From Promethearchaeota archaeon (GTDB lineage: Archaea > Asgardarchaeota > Lokiarchaeia > Sigyniarchaeales > SOKP01), in NCBI GenBank assembly GCA_013375475.1, contig JABXKD010000017.1, positions 1 through 49,166 on the forward strand: a DNA stretch of 49,166 bases. The letters run 5' to 3'. Under the pieces are notes generated by a model, which did not search any database, was not told the DNA's origin, and saw nothing but the letters and a program-made list of their open reading frames with translations. Position 1 is the first letter of the stretch. Each line of letters opens with the position of its first letter. Below are positions 8,132-18,103 of this stretch, piece after piece. The translations under genes were made by a program, and so were the position numbers.

Positions 8132-11089
8132 ATGTTATCCAATGAAGAAAGAACACAATTAAAAGGCGCTACTAACGATAAGGAGCTTAAAAAAATATTT
8201 AAAACGATAGCTTCAAAGAATCCGGATGAATTTTTTCCAACTAAAGAATTAAGGCAATTAGGATACATGAGAAAGCAATGTGAATGCTGCGGAGCGAATT
8301 TCTGGACTACCGTCAAGGAAAGAAAAGTTTGTGGAGACCCTGTCTGTTCTGGCGGATTTCAAATTACATTTAATAATCCCGCTAAAGTAAAACTCTCCTA
8401 TATCGGTGTATGGAAAAAGATTGTCGAGATACTTGAGCCTCGAGGATATGTCCCTATTAAAAGGTACCCATGCGTAGCAAGATGGAATCCTACTTCAGAA
8501 TTCACTATTGCATCAATATCTGCTTTTCAGCCTTATGTTATTACCGGTGAGGTTGAGCCACCTGCAAAAAAATTAATTATTCCTCAATTTTGTTTGAGAT
8601 TTAACGATATTGAGAATGTAGGATTGACGGGTTCACACAATACAGGTTTCATCATGGTAGGACAACATGTTTTCGTGCCACCTGAAGAGTGGAATCAGGG
8701 AGAACTCTTCTTAGATATTCATGCTTTTATTCATGAAGGTGTAGGTTTAGCGAAGGAAGAAATCACGATTCACGAAGATAGTTGGGCAGGAGGTGGATCC
8801 TTTGGTTGTAGTCTTGAATTTTTTAGTAGAGGAGTAGAATTATTTAATCAAGTGTATACAATGTTCGAGCAAACTACAACTGGCCCTCAAGAATTGAGTT
8901 TAAAAGTTTTAGATATGGGTTTAGGTCAAGAACGAGTGGCATGGTTCTCGCAAGGAACTCCAAACATATATGAGGCAACATTTCCAGAAGTAATTTCTCG
9001 ATTGAGAACCATAACTAAAATAGATACTGATTTTGAGTTATACAATAAATTTTCGAGATATTCTGCGTATTTGAATATAGATGAAGTAGACGACTTGGAA
9101 GCTGCTTGGGAGAAAGTATCAGCAGAACTCAACGTAGATCTAGACGAGTTGCAAGAAAAAATATTACCAATGACTGCCATCTATTCCATTGCTGACCATT
9201 CGAGGACTCTATTGTTTGCGATCAACGATGGAAAGCTCCCCTCTAATGTTGGTGGTGGATATAATCTTAGAGTTATTTTAAGACGCGCCTTAAGCTTTAT
9301 CGATAAATTTAAGTGGGATATCGATGTTTCTGATGTTTGTAGATGGCATGCAGCAGAACTGAAAGAATTATTTCCTGAAGTTTCTGAACGGTTAGACGAT
9401 CTAGAGAAGATTTTAAAAGTTGAAAAAGAAAAGTATTATGTTACAAAAAGAAAAGCGAATAAGATATTAGAAAAGTTACTTGTTAAGGGAGAAATTTCAA
9501 CCGAAACATTGATTGAAATTTATGACTCCAGAGGAATAAATCCAGAGATGGTTAAGGAAACCGCGAAAAAATTTGGAAGAACGGTAAAAATACCCGATAA
9601 TTTCTACAGTCTAGTAGTAGAAAGGCACGAAAAAGGAGAACAAGTTAACGCTTTTCAGAAAGAAATTAAGATAGAATTTGACGACACATTGGAAACCAAA
9701 TCTCTCTATTATTACGATTATACCGAAACCGCTAACACCGCTAAAGTTCTTAAAATAGTTGGTAACAATGTGATTCTTGATCAATCTGTTGCTTATCCTA
9801 CTTCAGGAGGACAACTACACGATATTGGAACTATTAACGGCCAAAAATTCGATAATGTGGTTAAACAAGGTAATTATATTATCCACATTTTATCTGAAAA
9901 ACCAAAATTTAAAGAGGGGGAAAGTGTTAAAGTTGAAGTTGATAAAGAATGGCGTACACAGCTCTCTCAACATCATACAGCGACTCACATTGTAAATGCT
10001 GCTGCTCGTTTTGTATTGGGAGAACATATTAATCAAGCTGGAGCTAAGAAGTCTATGAAACATTCCAATTTAGATATTACTCACTACGAGCAAATATCGA
10101 GAGAAAATTTACTAAAAATAGAAAATAAAGCGAACGAGATAGTTAAAAAGGCAATTGATTTGAATCTTTCTTTTATTCCAAGATCTGAAGCAGAAAAGAA
10201 ATACGGGATGAGAATATATCAAGGAGGAGCTGTGCCTGGAAAAAATATTAGAATTGTTGAGATTCCCAATGTAGATGTAGAAGCTTGTGGTGGTACGCAC
10301 TTAAATAATACTTCTGAAGCAGGAAGAATTAAAATAATTAAATCACAAAAAATTCAGGATGGAATAGTGAGATTAACTTTTACAGCAGGCTCTGCCACAA
10401 AAGAGCTTGAAGTAGAAGATACTCTCATTTTAAACCAATTAGAGAAATTATTACAAATTTCACAGAACAAAATCGTAGGTAGAGTTGAAGAATTATTAAA
10501 TAAGTGGAAGAACTTAAACAAATCAATACAAACGGGAAAATTTAATGAAAATGACATGGTTCTGAATTCAGATAATACTTTTGAATTAGAAATCTTAACA
10601 GAATTAGCTCGAATTCTAAATACTAAGAAAGAAGATGTTCCCCTGAAGATAAAAAAATTATATAATGAATGGAACGATGCTAAAGCAAAATTAAAGGAGG
10701 TAGAAAACTTGTTTGACGAAAATTTCATGAAAAATCTTATCAAATCCGCGTTTTTATTCAAAGACTCTAAAATGATTTTTAATTCCTTTGAAAATCTTAC
10801 TCAAAACGATCTTAAGAATCTAAGCGTGAAAATCCTAAATAAATCTGAAGATCTTAACACAATTTTTATCAATGAAGATGAGAAAGGTATTACTATTATT
10901 GGGATGGTAGGGAAAGAACTTATGAAGAGATCAGATTTTAATATGGGGGAATTTGTTAAAAAAATTGCTTCTAAATACGGTGGTAAAGGTGGTGGTAAGA
11001 AAGATTATGGTCAAGTGTTTATTGGGGATAAAGAAATAATTATTGACGATCTGGTTAATTTTATAAAAGAGAAATTAATAGATAATTAA
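8132..11089 (+). CDS. alaS: Alanine--tRNA ligase, archaeal type
   Basis: N-terminal CxxC..FWT..CGD, class II motifs (QFCLRFNDI..VG.TG.H, DMGLGQER), IADHSR, editing HHTATH/CGGTH and C-Ala GGKGGG. ATG at 8132 preferred over TTG at 8123. Confidence 0.96.
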   Translation: MLSNEERTQLKGATNDKELKKIFKTIASKNPDEFFPTKELRQLGYMRKQCECCGANFWTTVKERKVCGDPVCSGGFQITFNNPAKVKLSYIGVWKKIVEILEPRGYVPIKRYPCVARWNPTSEFTIASISAFQPYVITGEVEPPAKKLIIPQFCLRFNDIENVGLTGSHNTGFIMVGQHVFVPPEEWNQGELFLDIHAFIHEGVGLAKEEITIHEDSWAGGGSFGCSLEFFSRGVELFNQVYTMFEQTTTGPQELSLKVLDMGLGQERVAWFSQGTPNIYEATFPEVISRLRTITKIDTDFELYNKFSRYSAYLNIDEVDDLEAAWEKVSAELNVDLDELQEKILPMTAIYSIADHSRTLLFAINDGKLPSNVGGGYNLRVILRRALSFIDKFKWDIDVSDVCRWHAAELKELFPEVSERLDDLEKILKVEKEKYYVTKRKANKILEKLLVKGEISTETLIEIYDSRGINPEMVKETAKKFGRTVKIPDNFYSLVVERHEKGEQVNAFQKEIKIEFDDTLETKSLYYYDYTETANTAKVLKIVGNNVILDQSVAYPTSGGQLHDIGTINGQKFDNVVKQGNYIIHILSEKPKFKEGESVKVEVDKEWRTQLSQHHTATHIVNAAARFVLGEHINQAGAKKSMKHSNLDITHYEQISRENLLKIENKANEIVKKAIDLNLSFIPRSEAEKKYGMRIYQGGAVPGKNIRIVEIPNVDVEACGGTHLNNTSEAGRIKIIKSQKIQDGIVRLTFTAGSATKELEVEDTLILNQLEKLLQISQNKIVGRVEELLNKWKNLNKSIQTGKFNENDMVLNSDNTFELEILTELARILNTKKEDVPLKIKKLYNEWNDAKAKLKEVENLFDENFMKNLIKSAFLFKDSKMIFNSFENLTQNDLKNLSVKILNKSEDLNTIFINEDEKGITIIGMVGKELMKRSDFNMGEFVKKIASKYGGKGGGKKDYGQVFIGDKEIIIDDLVNFIKEKLIDN

Positions 11090-11283
11090 ATTTTTCATGG
11101 TCTTTATTAGGTTTTTCTATTAATTTTATATATATATTCTCTGATTAAACGGTAAAGTCGGGTTTATTCTAACTTCTACTTATATTATTTAACTATATAG
11201 ATTCTATATACTATGGCGAAATCACTTAAAACAACTGAAAAACTTACAATATTAAAGAGAAAGGAGAAGATTTTAGATTAATT

Positions 11284-11442
11284 ATGTTTGAAGAAATATT
11301 GGTAGATTTAACGGAAAAAAAGGAAGATTACTTAAAACTCAAAAGGAATTTTACTGATACTCCACTTGAGAAATCACTTGATATTATTATAGATCAGATT
11401 AATCTAGATTTAGTTAAAATCTTAAAATACAATAGAATTTAG
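11284..11442 (+). CDS. Small helical hypothetical protein (52 aa)
   Basis: Hand-translated MFEEILVDLTEKKEDYLKLKRNFTDTPLEKSLDIIIDQINLDLVKILKYNRI*; lies in an otherwise empty 700-bp gap. Confidence 0.55.
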   Translation: MFEEILVDLTEKKEDYLKLKRNFTDTPLEKSLDIIIDQINLDLVKILKYNRI

Positions 11443-11456
11443 TGGTGAAATTTAAT

Positions 11457-11621
11457 ATGAAAATAGTATATCGAGAGTTTTTTTGTCCTGAATGCGGACA
11501 AATCAAAAATCTAAAAACAGCTAAAAACATATGCGTAGATTGTAATGATAAAATCGTGTTAGATGAAATATCTCAATCTAGAAAAACGCAGAAAGTTTTT
11601 AATGAACTAATATGTGTTTAG
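11457..11621 (+). CDS. Small Zn-ribbon protein (54 aa)
   Basis: Hand-translated MKIVYREFFCPECGQIKNLKTAKNICVDCNDK...ICV*; two CxxC pairs; GGTGA SD upstream. Confidence 0.7.
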   Translation: MKIVYREFFCPECGQIKNLKTAKNICVDCNDKIVLDEISQSRKTQKVFNELICV

Positions 11622-11800
11622 TATTTTTTAGAAATTTAGTTAATTAAACTCATTTTGAGAACAGTTTTTTATTTTTGCGTGTTATTTTACTAAAATTTTT
11701 TCTAGATGGAATTAAAATTCTTTAATATAGTTTAAAATTTAATATGCATTAAAACACCTTATAGAAAAATCGGTTTTTTAAGAAATGGAGATGAGAAAAT

Positions 11801-12607
11801 TTGGTTGAAATTGTCCATATATCCGACTTCCATTACGGTAATGAGTTTGTACCTGAGTATATGGAAAATGTTATAAGTTATATTGAGGACAAAAAACCAG
11901 ATGTGGTAATTTGTACTGGAGATTTGGTTCATAAAGGAAGAGTTACACAATTTCACGCGGTTCTGCCTTATATTCAGAGAATTAGAAATATTACTAAAAT
12001 GCTAATTGTGCCTGGGAACCACGATGCAAAAAATTCAGGTCTAATCTACTTCGAGAAAATAATTGGACCTCGTCGCTCCAGATTAATATTAGATGAGTTG
12101 GATACTCTGATTGTAGGAGTCTGCTCTGCAAGGGACGACATGAGCGAAGGAATGATTGGGGATGAGCAATTAGATTTTTGTGGCAGATGCTTTAATAAAA
12201 ATCTGGAAAATAGAATACTGGCGCTTCACCATCACTTAATACCAGTACCTCTTTCAGGACAGAAATTTACTACTGTGAGAGATGCTGGTGAAATACTCGA
12301 ATTTACTCAATTATTTGAACTTGATTTGGTATTAATGGGACACAGACATGTGCCCCACGCATATGTCATCGGACCGACAACATTTCTCTACTGTGGTACT
12401 TCTACTTCTAAAAAAGTTAGAGCAGATGATAGTCCTAGCTTTAACCACATTATTTTAGACAAGGGAGATATAGAAGTATTTATGGTAAATTCTATAAACC
12501 TCGAACGGAATCTCCTTTTAGAACGAAAATTAAGTCGAACTAAGTTTGTTAGACCGCGTCGAACGCGCATAGAGCACTTATTGAGCTCAGATGTATGGGA
12601 TGATTAA
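11801..12607 (+). CDS. Calcineurin-like metallophosphoesterase (Icc/CpdA-like)
   Basis: DFH, GDL, GNHD, HHH and GHRH motifs; TTG start. Confidence 0.9.
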   Translation: MVEIVHISDFHYGNEFVPEYMENVISYIEDKKPDVVICTGDLVHKGRVTQFHAVLPYIQRIRNITKMLIVPGNHDAKNSGLIYFEKIIGPRRSRLILDELDTLIVGVCSARDDMSEGMIGDEQLDFCGRCFNKNLENRILALHHHLIPVPLSGQKFTTVRDAGEILEFTQLFELDLVLMGHRHVPHAYVIGPTTFLYCGTSTSKKVRADDSPSFNHIILDKGDIEVFMVNSINLERNLLLERKLSRTKFVRPRRTRIEHLLSSDVWDD

Positions 12608-12609
12608 TA

Positions 12610-13023
12610 TTGCGAAAAATTATAACTCCAATGGTAGCTGTTGATGCGGTTATAAAATACCCAGAAAATCATATAGTTTTAATTCGTAGGAAAAATCCAC
12701 CATTTAAGGGGGAATTAGCTCTACCCGGTGGTTTTGTTAATGTAGGCGAAAATGTAGAAGAGGCGTGTATCAGAGAAGCTTACGAAGAAACGAATATCAA
12801 CGTGAAAATTGTAAATCTTATTAATGTTTTTTCAGATCCCAAACGTGATCCCAGAGGTCACAATATCTCTATAGCTTATTTGTGTGAACCGTTAACAAAA
12901 TCTGAAAATCCAATTGCAAAGGATGATGCTCAATCTCTAGAAATTGTGCAAGTTTCCAAAATTAAGACTTTAAAACTAGCATTTGACCATAAGGACATAA
13001 TTATTGCCTCTGGAATTTTATAA
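12610..13023 (+). CDS. Nudix hydrolase (ADP-ribose pyrophosphatase-like)
   Basis: Nudix box GGFVNVGENVEEACIREAYEETNI, RDPRGH, LAFDH; 2 bp after the upstream gene. Confidence 0.9.
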   Translation: MRKIITPMVAVDAVIKYPENHIVLIRRKNPPFKGELALPGGFVNVGENVEEACIREAYEETNINVKIVNLINVFSDPKRDPRGHNISIAYLCEPLTKSENPIAKDDAQSLEIVQVSKIKTLKLAFDHKDIIIASGIL

Positions 13024-13025
13024 AA

Positions 13026-13799
13026 TTAGCCAAATATTTCTTTATAACATTCGCAACAAGGAATCCCAAAAGTAATGTGATTAGAGTATTCTAAATTAAT
13101 TATCTCAATATTATCAACTAATCTAATTAAATTTTCTCTTAAACCCAGAGTATTAGGATTGGTCTTATTAGAAAAAAGGACTCTCAGATTTGCACTATGA
13201 TAGTTCAATTTTTTGCATATTGGGCATTGATCAAAGAACTTTTCTACAAGCTTAAATTCTTCATCGTCTTCCTTTTTGGAAACATGAAAATATTCTATGC
13301 AAGTATCTGGATTTAATGATTGAACTACCATTTTAAACACTTCTTCTAGCTTATTATCTAATTCCAATAAGGATGATTCCCCAGCATATTCAATTCCGTT
13401 AGTAGCAGCGAACCTGTTAATCATTTCATCTGTTACTTCTCGTATTGCTAAATCGGCTTTGGTTCCAATTAGGATTATTGGAATTTTTCCTGCACTTGCC
13501 CTAAAAAGATTTATCCACCTTGTTAAGTCTAAGAAAGATTCAATTTTGGATAAATCAAAACATAATAATCCCGCACTAGCACCTCGACAAAAATAAGGAA
13601 AAAGAAATCTAAATCTTTGGCTATCTTTTAGATCCCATACAATAAATTTAAAATGGTCACCCTCATTAACGAAACATTCGACAGATTCAAATGAAACACC
13701 AATAGAATTGTTTTGTTTTCTATCACTCTTAATGAAAGTAGTTTTACCCGAATCTTGTAATCCTCCTAAGATTAATTTTAGCTTGTATGATCCCGGCAT
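13026..13799 (-). CDS. Rab-like small GTPase with a C-terminal Cys-rich domain
   Basis: G1 GLQDSGKTT, IGVSF, G3-like WDLKDSQRF, G4 TKAD; C-terminal CPIC...CCEC. Confidence 0.85.
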   Translation of the reverse strand: MPGSYKLKLILGGLQDSGKTTFIKSDRKQNNSIGVSFESVECFVNEGDHFKFIVWDLKDSQRFRFLFPYFCRGASAGLLCFDLSKIESFLDLTRWINLFRASAGKIPIILIGTKADLAIREVTDEMINRFAATNGIEYAGESSLLELDNKLEEVFKMVVQSLNPDTCIEYFHVSKKEDDEEFKLVEKFFDQCPICKKLNYHSANLRVLFSNKTNPNTLGLRENLIRLVDNIEIINLEYSNHITFGIPCCECYKEIFG

Positions 13800-13881
13800 T
13801 AATGATGGTCACATTCATTATTTTGAGGTATTATAAAACGCCCCATGTTTTAATAAAAACCTACTCTAAAAAATGTTATTG

Positions 13882-14277
13882 TTATTTAATCTCATATATA
13901 TTACCGAAGGTATCTTTCAAAAATAAGTAAAAGCCGACACTGTTCTTTCTAGGGACTTTGATTACTTCGAAAAGTAATTGTTTTGCTTTTTCTACAAGTT
14001 TTTCTCGATCCTCAATTATAAGGCATGTATGGGTAAATTTGTCCATTGCCGAACTAGTATCTTCCGTAATAAAAGCTTCAACACTCACCTTATCATTACT
14101 ATATCTAACTATTTTTTGCTCTTTTTTTACTCCAAAAAACTGTTCCATAAGGTCATCAGATACAACGAAGGCTCTTTCTTTTTTCAAGCCAAGTAATTCG
14201 ATAAAAAATCTATCACTATCTTCTTCGGAATTCGAACTAACAGCAAAATGCTCGATTTTCAAGTTGAACACCACCAT
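13882..14277 (-). CDS. VOC / glyoxalase family protein
   Basis: IEHFAV...FF.ELLGL...THTCL...LKDTFGNIYEI. Confidence 0.85.
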   Translation of the reverse strand: MVVFNLKIEHFAVSSNSEEDSDRFFIELLGLKKERAFVVSDDLMEQFFGVKKEQKIVRYSNDKVSVEAFITEDTSSAMDKFTHTCLIIEDREKLVEKAKQLLFEVIKVPRKNSVGFYLFLKDTFGNIYEIK

Positions 14278-14401
14278 AATTATTTAAAGTTTCTCAATTA
14301 TACTATCATATTACTTATTTTAAATAAAACTTTAATACTTTTTAGTGTTTAATAATAATTAATTCTAAAAAATAGAAGCTAGAAAGTTAAGGGATTCGTA
14401 G

Positions 14402-15259
14402 ATGACTGATGTAACTGGAGAGCAATTCTTAAATAAATTATACACTGTTTTGGATAAGCTCTACTCTATCGCTAGCACTCAATCTTCTCGTTTTAAAAAA
14501 GAATGGGATGAAAATTTTGCTTCTTTAAACGTAGAACCTCACTTAATTCGCTCCATTAAAGTTGATAAAGATAAATTTCTGACAGATAAAGATTATAGAA
14601 TTAAAGCGCTCAATATAATCAAGCTCTCTTTTGAAGATGGGTTTCATTCAATAAAATCACTCTTAACGGCTCTTTATAACTCTTATTTTAAAGATTCTGA
14701 AATTTTCCTAAGCAATTTTAACGAAGCAGACCAGGTTATCCTTAAATATTTTGTCGCTAAGAAAATTTTAGGTGACTTAATTCAATATAATCAATTAGAC
14801 CACGAAACGGTGCCATTAAAATACAATATTTTTGCGAGAAATTACTTGTTAATTAAATTTAAAGACCAGAAGACTACAGAAATTCTTGATAATCTTAAAA
14901 AAATTAACATACATCTAAAAGCTAATCAACTTAAAACCTACATGCATGAAATAGCCTCAGATGGATTTATTACTAAAATAAAAAAAGGGAAATCTCTTTC
15001 CTATCGCATAAAAAATGAATTAGAATTATCTGAAGAAGGTAAAAAAACCTACAATCAAACGATTAGTAGATTAGTAGAATGGCCAACTCTATTTTATCGC
15101 AGTTATTACAACGTAAGAGAATTAAATGTTACTATAAATGACGATTCTATACATCCAGATTTCATCAATGAAGTTTTACAGAAAGCAGCTACTCAAGGTT
15201 ACATAGCTTGTCATTATGTTTTTAGTAATTTAGTAGAATACTACGAGAAACTAAAATAA
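14402..15259 (+). CDS. Hypothetical protein, possible winged-helix segment
   Basis: 285-aa ORF; LKTYMHEIASDGFITKIKKGKSLSYRI resembles a wHTH wing. Confidence 0.65.
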   Translation: MTDVTGEQFLNKLYTVLDKLYSIASTQSSRFKKEWDENFASLNVEPHLIRSIKVDKDKFLTDKDYRIKALNIIKLSFEDGFHSIKSLLTALYNSYFKDSEIFLSNFNEADQVILKYFVAKKILGDLIQYNQLDHETVPLKYNIFARNYLLIKFKDQKTTEILDNLKKINIHLKANQLKTYMHEIASDGFITKIKKGKSLSYRIKNELELSEEGKKTYNQTISRLVEWPTLFYRSYYNVRELNVTINDDSIHPDFINEVLQKAATQGYIACHYVFSNLVEYYEKLK

Positions 15260-15294
15260 GTATAATATTTATACCCCAAAAGACCTAATCATTT

Positions 15295-16224
15295 TTAATG
15301 TGTTGTAAAGCTTCTTGTTTTTCTAACTGGGATGTTAAATTTTTCAAGTAAGGGAATCAAGTGTTTTTTGTCTTCAGAATTAGTTCCCTTCCAATCTACT
15401 ATGAAGTAATCAATTTCTTCCATTGTATTATTGATCATCATTTTAATGAAGTTCTCGTTTAATTCTTGGATGTAATACTTTGGGCAGATAAATGAAAGTG
15501 CGATGTTCGTATTAGTGATTAACCTAAAAAAATTAGGGGCATAGTGAGTACCACCGAATCCTAAACCAACTTGTTGAGTTTTTTCTTCTTTAAAACCCAG
15601 ATACTTGAAAACTGTGTTAACAATAGCATTTGCAGCAAGTTCACCTGCCTCCTTAATTACCCATTCTTGTTTACTACTCCCTAATTCCATAAATATTAAA
15701 GGGATATCTAAAGTGGTTGGTCCATGATGAGTTACCTCCATATCTAAAGAAAAATCAGGAATATCGAATTTTTCGATTTGTTCTCTTAATGATTCAATAC
15801 CTGCCTTAGATAGTAGTGCACTTGTTTTGGATAAATCTTGAGCCTTTCCACCAAAATCCGCATTATTGCTCCAATTTCCGGTTGTATGAACTAAAAAAGC
15901 GGGTCGCGCAGTCATAGAAGTATGTCTACTAGCGAAAATTATTAAATCGGGTGTGAAATTCGTCCCTCTAAGCTTGAGATTTTCAAGAAATATTAGGGGT
16001 TTCTGTGTCAATCCTAGAAATATTTGATTTTCATTAAGCAAATTGTCATATTTCCCTTTAAAGGAAGATTTCTCTAAACTAAATAGGGGTTTTTCTTGCC
16101 ATGCAGTATTAGTTTCAATAAAAGAAAATTGGTTAGAGTTTAAAAAAACTTCTCGCATATTCATAGAGGCTTTATCTTCACTCGAAGTGATTATGAAGAA
16201 TTGAATTAAAGATCTCCTCTTCAA
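15295..16224 (-). CDS. dtdA: D-aminoacyl-tRNA deacylase (DTD2/GEK1 type)
   Basis: ASRH, HTTGN, EVTHHGPT, FMELGS...W and GFGGTHYAP motifs; start uncertain. Confidence 0.9.
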   Translation of the reverse strand: MKRRSLIQFFIITSSEDKASMNMREVFLNSNQFSFIETNTAWQEKPLFSLEKSSFKGKYDNLLNENQIFLGLTQKPLIFLENLKLRGTNFTPDLIIFASRHTSMTARPAFLVHTTGNWSNNADFGGKAQDLSKTSALLSKAGIESLREQIEKFDIPDFSLDMEVTHHGPTTLDIPLIFMELGSSKQEWVIKEAGELAANAIVNTVFKYLGFKEEKTQQVGLGFGGTHYAPNFFRLITNTNIALSFICPKYYIQELNENFIKMMINNTMEEIDYFIVDWKGTNSEDKKHLIPLLEKFNIPVRKTRSFTTH

Positions 16225-16378
16225 GAATTTGTAGAAATTATTAAATATGTCATTATAAAATTCAAGGAAAAATACCTTAAATATTTATGATTTTCATACT
16301 TTGGTTCGTGAAGTGCGTATTATTAACTCCAATATAATATTAAAAACCTTTTAAATTAAAATCGCATTCAAATATTTA

Positions 16379-17341
16379 ATGTCAATTAGTTTTACAATTA
16401 TAGCTGTCATTTCATTAATATTTAGTGTACTTTTTTTCATAGTCGATTTTTATCAAAGAACACATCCTAAACTCAATGTTTCTCTAATAGCGGGAATATC
16501 TATCTCTTATTTTTTCTTAGTTCTTCTCCCAGAAATAGCCGACAATATTCCCGTACTCCCATTTGAACTTTCATTTTTTGAGTACTTATTTGTGTTAATT
16601 GGTTTTGTATTTGTCCACCTTTCTGAAAAATTAATTTTACAAAAGGTAGAATCTAAATCGCAGAAGCGAATGCGTAAATTAATCAAAAAAGAAAAAATTC
16701 TGCAAAGTGTTGAAGATAACATAGAGAATATTTTAACTAAAGAATTAGAAAAAGACGATTTAGACGATATGGCTTTAAAAGATATAGCCCTAGCAATAGC
16801 AGATTTACACAAACAAGGTGGAGGGTTCAAAGAGGAAATAAATCGTTATAAATTTAAGATTCAAACACATGTCAACGAAGATTTAAGCAGTCTGCGTTTT
16901 TTTACTAATTTCTCGTATCATCTTCTTGTAGGGATTATCGTTGTGGGATTACTTGCTTTCGATCTTAAAAGCGGGATATTATTTTTTCTATTTGCTTGGT
17001 TTAGAGCAATTATAACTAACAGATCTGAAAGTCATATCATATTTACGGATCTAGAAATCTATGACTCATACGATATTAATGAGAATATGACTCGTAAATA
17101 TGTTTTAGCTCTCTCAAATTTCTTAGGAGTATTAATGGGATTATTTTTAGATTTAATGTATTTTGAATACACAGAATTGTTCTATATCTTCTTTTCTTTT
17201 GTTTCGGGAGTAATTCTTTACACAATTGTGAGGGAAGTAATTCCTGAAAAAGAAAAAGGTCAACCTATTTATTTTTTAATTGGATTCATTGGTTTTACTG
17301 TTGTTATTTTTACGATAAATATTATCCCATCTTTAATTTAG
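16379..17341 (+). CDS. Membrane protein with a ZIP-transporter-like fold and coiled-coil loop
   Basis: About 8 hydrophobic segments; AGISISYFFLVLLPE and SGVILYTIVREVIPE resemble ZIP helices; long charged insertion. Confidence 0.6.
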   Translation: MSISFTIIAVISLIFSVLFFIVDFYQRTHPKLNVSLIAGISISYFFLVLLPEIADNIPVLPFELSFFEYLFVLIGFVFVHLSEKLILQKVESKSQKRMRKLIKKEKILQSVEDNIENILTKELEKDDLDDMALKDIALAIADLHKQGGGFKEEINRYKFKIQTHVNEDLSSLRFFTNFSYHLLVGIIVVGLLAFDLKSGILFFLFAWFRAIITNRSESHIIFTDLEIYDSYDINENMTRKYVLALSNFLGVLMGLFLDLMYFEYTELFYIFFSFVSGVILYTIVREVIPEKEKGQPIYFLIGFIGFTVVIFTINIIPSLI

Positions 17342-17522
17342 GTAAAAAACCTCATATTTTTTCTAAGTCAAAATAGCTGTAAAAATAGCATAAGAATTTA
17401 TAAAATAAAACAACTTGATTATAACTATTCATATAATTTAAGTGAAAATTTAAATAAATTTTAATTTATTAAAATCAAATTAATTAATTAATAACTTCTC
17501 TAGGTAGAAGAGGAAAAAGACT

Positions 17523-18098
17523 ATGATAAAAAAAACTTTTAAGGAAATATTGGGTATTGACGATGACGATTACAAGATAATTGAGATGCTCGAGAAGGAT
17601 GCAGATGTTACTCATTCCCAAATTGCACGAGAAATAGAGAAATCCCAGCCAGCAGTAGGGGCAAGAATCATTAAATTAGAGCGAAAAAATCTGTTGACTA
17701 AACAAGTAGGTTTTAATATCAAGAAAGTCGACATCAAAGTAGCTATAGTTTTCGTATCTACCAAGGATGTGGAAGTTGTAGTCAATAAAATAAAACAGTG
17801 CCCTTTTGTCAATCACGCGTTTAAGATCTCTGGTGAATTTAATTTATTATGCTTTATTGCAGCTTCCGATCTTCAAACCATTGAAAAATTAGTAGATTTA
17901 TGCTTTAGAAAAGATCCAAATGTTATTAATGTAAAAACTAACATTTTAATTGATTCAGTTCATGATTTTGTAGTTCCAATTGATTTTCAAATAGAGAAGT
18001 TTGACTATCATTCAAATGTATGCGGACCAAATTGTAATTTGAATGTAAATCTTCCAAAATACAAATTTGATACACCTGATATGGAAGACGAAAAATAG
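17523..18098 (+). CDS. Lrp/AsnC family transcriptional regulator
   Basis: DDDDYKIIEML..DA..THSQIA....SQPAVGARI.KLE HTH; RAM domain with ISGEFNL. Confidence 0.9.
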   Translation: MIKKTFKEILGIDDDDYKIIEMLEKDADVTHSQIAREIEKSQPAVGARIIKLERKNLLTKQVGFNIKKVDIKVAIVFVSTKDVEVVVNKIKQCPFVNHAFKISGEFNLLCFIAASDLQTIEKLVDLCFRKDPNVINVKTNILIDSVHDFVVPIDFQIEKFDYHSNVCGPNCNLNVNLPKYKFDTPDMEDEK

Positions 18099-18103
18099 AA
18101 AGT

